DNA from: Octopus bimaculoides
Taxonomy: Eukaryota
DNA: 64,000 nucleotides
NCBI RefSeq assembly: GCF_001194135.2
Contig: NC_068986.1
Coordinates: 70,183,467 to 70,247,466, forward strand
Reading direction: 5' to 3'
Positions 60,916-64,000 of the stretch are shown here, piece by piece. Every line of letters starts with the position of its first letter. The first letter of the stretch is position 1. The position numbers were made by a program, and so were the translations under genes. The notes beneath the pieces were generated by a model, which was not told the origin of the DNA, did not search any database, and was given only the letters and a program-made list of their open reading frames with translations.

Positions 60916-62289
60916 GAAAATCGATTATTTATGGCTATATGCTGACAATTCACTCGATAATTCTGAAATTACTGACTCAGTTTTAGTTCGTGATACAAAG
61001 GTAAGCAAACAATTTATAAATATTCGAGATCGATGAAAGATGATGTAAATAAGATAATTAATTCTTTCAATAATGTTACTATGTATGAGATAAAGAGAAA
61101 ATATTTAAACGTCAAAAAATCATTAGCAAATTGTCGATAAATGTGCATAAATTTCTCTTTTGTTTTTTGTTTTTTGTTTCTTTTTTTAAAGGTAGTTGTA
61201 TTCACGCTTAATCATTGCAAATTCTGTTGTAGTCAAGTGAATCACGTCCGGTCAAATAATAGGGGGCAACATTTGATCATTTCGTTTTTAATCATCATGT
61301 TTCATGCTTAATAGTTGATTATTATTGTCCGAAATGAGAGAGATGTAGCAAATCAAGGAACTGATGTTGTAACAATTTAAATCGAATACATGCCAAGAAA
61401 GCATTCAAACCAGTAAAATCGTTGTTGCTTTTGAGACAAATAGTATTAACAGCAACAAACACATCACATCAATGGAATAATTGGCCGGCGATTTAAATGA
61501 AAAATATTAATATTCATCATTACGAGATCAATACAGTGATATAGCCTCGCAAATAAAATTCTATAGCGCCATGCCAGTGGCCCGATTTCTATTACCAGTT
61601 GAAAGTACTTTATTTCTTACCGAAATATTTTCAGCCTCTCGCCAGTGTAAACGTTTGTGTAAAACCGCTTCATTGTACGCATCTAAGACACTATGACAAT
61701 GATGTCAAACCATGGCCGAAAATAAATAATTTATGAGCATTTAATTCAAAAGCCAATTATGCTGGGACTATCTCATACAAACATCACTGTATGGCTCCTT
61801 TTATAATAAATTTTGTAATCATTGAAGAATTAAAATAAAGACAATATTTAATAAAATATAAAATATATTGATGTCTTAAATAAGAATATATAAATAATTT
61901 GAATCAGTTTTCACTGCTTGATGGAAATTTTTATCATCTTTCAATACGTTCGATAAATTCCTTTGAACTCAATGGATTTATATTTGTTGTACAGTATCAT
62001 ATAAGGCTACAACCATTGCTTTCAAAAGTAGACTATATTATGGTCTATAATGGCAGTGCAAATAAAGGGTTGAATCGACTGTAAATGCATTACTTCAATA
62101 AATAGCTCTTATTTTCAAATCTTACATTTCAAAATATTTACGAGGAATCTTGATAATCTCAATGTATACATTGTGTGTGTATANNNNNNNNNNNNNNNNN
62201 NNNNNNNNNNNNNNNNNNNNNNNNNNNNNNNNNNNNNNNNNNNNNNNNNNNNNNNNNNNNNATATATATATATATATATATATACATGC

Positions 62290-62680
62290 ATATGTGTGGC
62301 GTGGTTATGTGATAAGAAGCTTGCTTCCCAACCACATGGTTTCGTGTTCAGTGCAACTGCGTTGCATCTTAAGTAAGTATCTTCTGCTATAGCCTCAGGT
62401 CAACCAAAGCCTTGTGGGTGAATTTGGTGAAGGAAACTAAAAGAAGCCCGTCGTACATATATATGTGTGTGCGTGTGGGGGTGTTTGTCTCCCATCATCG
62501 CTTAGCAACAGGTGTTAGTGTATTTACGACTCCGTAACTTAGCTGTTGGACATAAGAGACAATAGAATAAGTATCAGGCTTAACAAAATTAAGTCCTGTG
62601 GTTAATTCCACTAGAAATTCTTCAAGGCAGTACCCCAGCATGGTCGCAGTCTAGTGACTGTAACAAGTAAAAGATAAGAC
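62290..62680 (+). mobile_element. SINE family A, full length
   Basis: Head ggcgtggttatgtgataagaagcttgcttcccaaccacatgg and tail catggtcgcagtctagtgactgtaacaagtaaaaga. Confidence 0.9.
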
Positions 62681-62725
62681 GTATGTATGTAATTATGTAT
62701 GTATATATGTATGTACATATGTATA

Positions 62726-63320
62726 TAGAAGGTATGATCAATAAGTATCCGGACTGTTGTCATAGTAACGCAGCTAAAGCACACAAGGTAAAGCTGCTTG
62801 GCACAGATTGGCCTTGAACTCTGCTGTGCATGCGCATTAAGTTTTTACATTCTAGTTCACTTCTACTGTTTACAGCAGTGCTTGGAAGGAAGGTGTGTAG
62901 CGTGAGATCGTGGCATTCATCGTGACAGAGAAAGTTGTCATGGCAATACCTGCTCAGACGCTTACGCAAAAGATGCAGAAAGTGTGTGGAGAGGAGTGCA
63001 TGAGCCGCACATGAATGTACGAGTGGTTCAGACGTTTCCAAGATGGCCGAAAAAGTTGATATTGACGAACGTTCTGGGAGACCCGGAACAATCAGAACTG
63101 AGAAAGACATCACAGATGTAAGTGCAGTTGTGAGGAGAAAACGTCAAATCACCATCAGTGAGTTATCAGAGGATGTGCATATTAGTTACGGATCAGTTCA
63201 GTCTATTATCACCGAAGATTTGGATATGAGACACGTGTCTGCCAAGTTTGTGCCAAAATTGCCTTCAGCTGATCAAAAAGACACTCGGGTTTCAGTTGCA
63301 CAAGATGTCCTTAATTTTGT
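62726..63320 (+). mobile_element. Mariner (DD34D-type) element, 5' TIR region + transposase N-terminus, truncated
   Basis: TIR-like gaaggtatgatcaataagtatccggact, then KMQKVCGEECMSRT*MYEWFRRFQDGR..V...ERSGRP...RQITISELSE...ISYGSVQSIITEDLDMRHVSAKFVPKL. Confidence 0.9.
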
Positions 63321-63324
63321 CAAT

Positions 63325-63455
63325 CCCGGTACATGTTTATCGTCTCTTATGTCCGACCGCTAAGTTACGGAGACATAAACAAACCAACACCGGTTGACAA
63401 GCAGTGATGGGGACAAAAACATACGCAAGGACACACACACACACACACATATATA
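63325..63455 (-). mobile_element. SINE family A 3' fragment
   Basis: ccgaccgctaagttacggagacataaacaaaccaacaccggttgacaagc followed by (CA)n. Confidence 0.8.
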
Positions 63456-63895
63456 TATCGAGCGGTACATCATTTGTACGATGTGGAGAATATACCACCA
63501 GCATTGCCCAAACGACTTGAACATTAATTTCAAGGTTCATCCAAGGCTGGGACCACGGGCCATAGTCTCCTTCCCAATTCAGGATCACAACATATAGGTA
63601 CACTACGACACAATTTCTTTTCCTCAACAGACCCTGCCCTGTTTAAGATTGTCCTAAAACTGATCAAAGAGGAAAAGGGTCCTATCACCTTTAAACGGGG
63701 TCTGGACAGATTTCTTCAAGGAATACCAGACAAGCCACCCATACCGGGATACAACTCACTCAATAAGAACTCACTACTTGAATGGACCATAAACAAAACT
63801 TGACTGTAAAAAGGATTTAGATAATCCTATCTGGTGGTGCTTTTAAGTTAGACATGGCCTGGACCAATCTTTGGTCGAAACATATCTAAGTCTTT
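63456..63895 (+). mobile_element. CR1-group LINE 3' end
   Basis: ERYIICTMWRIY..HCPNDLNINFKVHPRLGPRA...FKRGLDRFLQGIPDKP..PGY.SLNKNSLLEW. Tail catggcctggaccaatctttggtcgaaaca. Confidence 0.85.
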
Positions 63896-64000
63896 CTAAA
63901 TTTATATATATATAAACACGCACACACACACACACACATGTATATTTATTAATAATAAGAAGGAGGATTATTACGAAGTAGCATATCATTACCTTAAATT

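Overview
AT-rich eukaryotic scaffold with about 15 N-gaps and dense (TA)n/(CA)n/(GA)n microsatellites. Three tRNA-derived SINE families (here A, B, C) plus the LINE repertoire suggest an octopus/coleoid cephalopod genome (inference, not database-confirmed). Only one intact protein-coding gene is supported: a compact STARD5-like START-domain lipid/sterol transfer gene (CDS 31139-31777, +) with a correctly spaced TATA+Inr, a short non-coding first exon, one 5'UTR intron and an uninterrupted CDS (possible retrogene). Most other recognisable sequence is decayed mobile DNA: two Penelope-like elements, Tx1/L1, CR1-like and RTE LINE pieces, a Ty3/Gypsy remnant, a Chapaev3-type transposon, three Tc1/mariner remnants, a Tigger-like MITE and many SINEs. 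Best second-look items: (1) a TSD-flanked fold-back retroelement joining a tRNA-like head to a minimal hammerhead ribozyme; (2) other hammerhead-like motifs, one family sharing an A6U core change; (3) a 100% identical 127-bp inverted copy apparently captured between two inverted SINE C copies 15 kb apart; (4) a pre-miRNA-like hairpin at 60.85 kb; (5) an inverted duplication inside the Tx1 element. I found no convincing new multi-gene system. The highlights are RNA-structure and retrotransposition phenomena.
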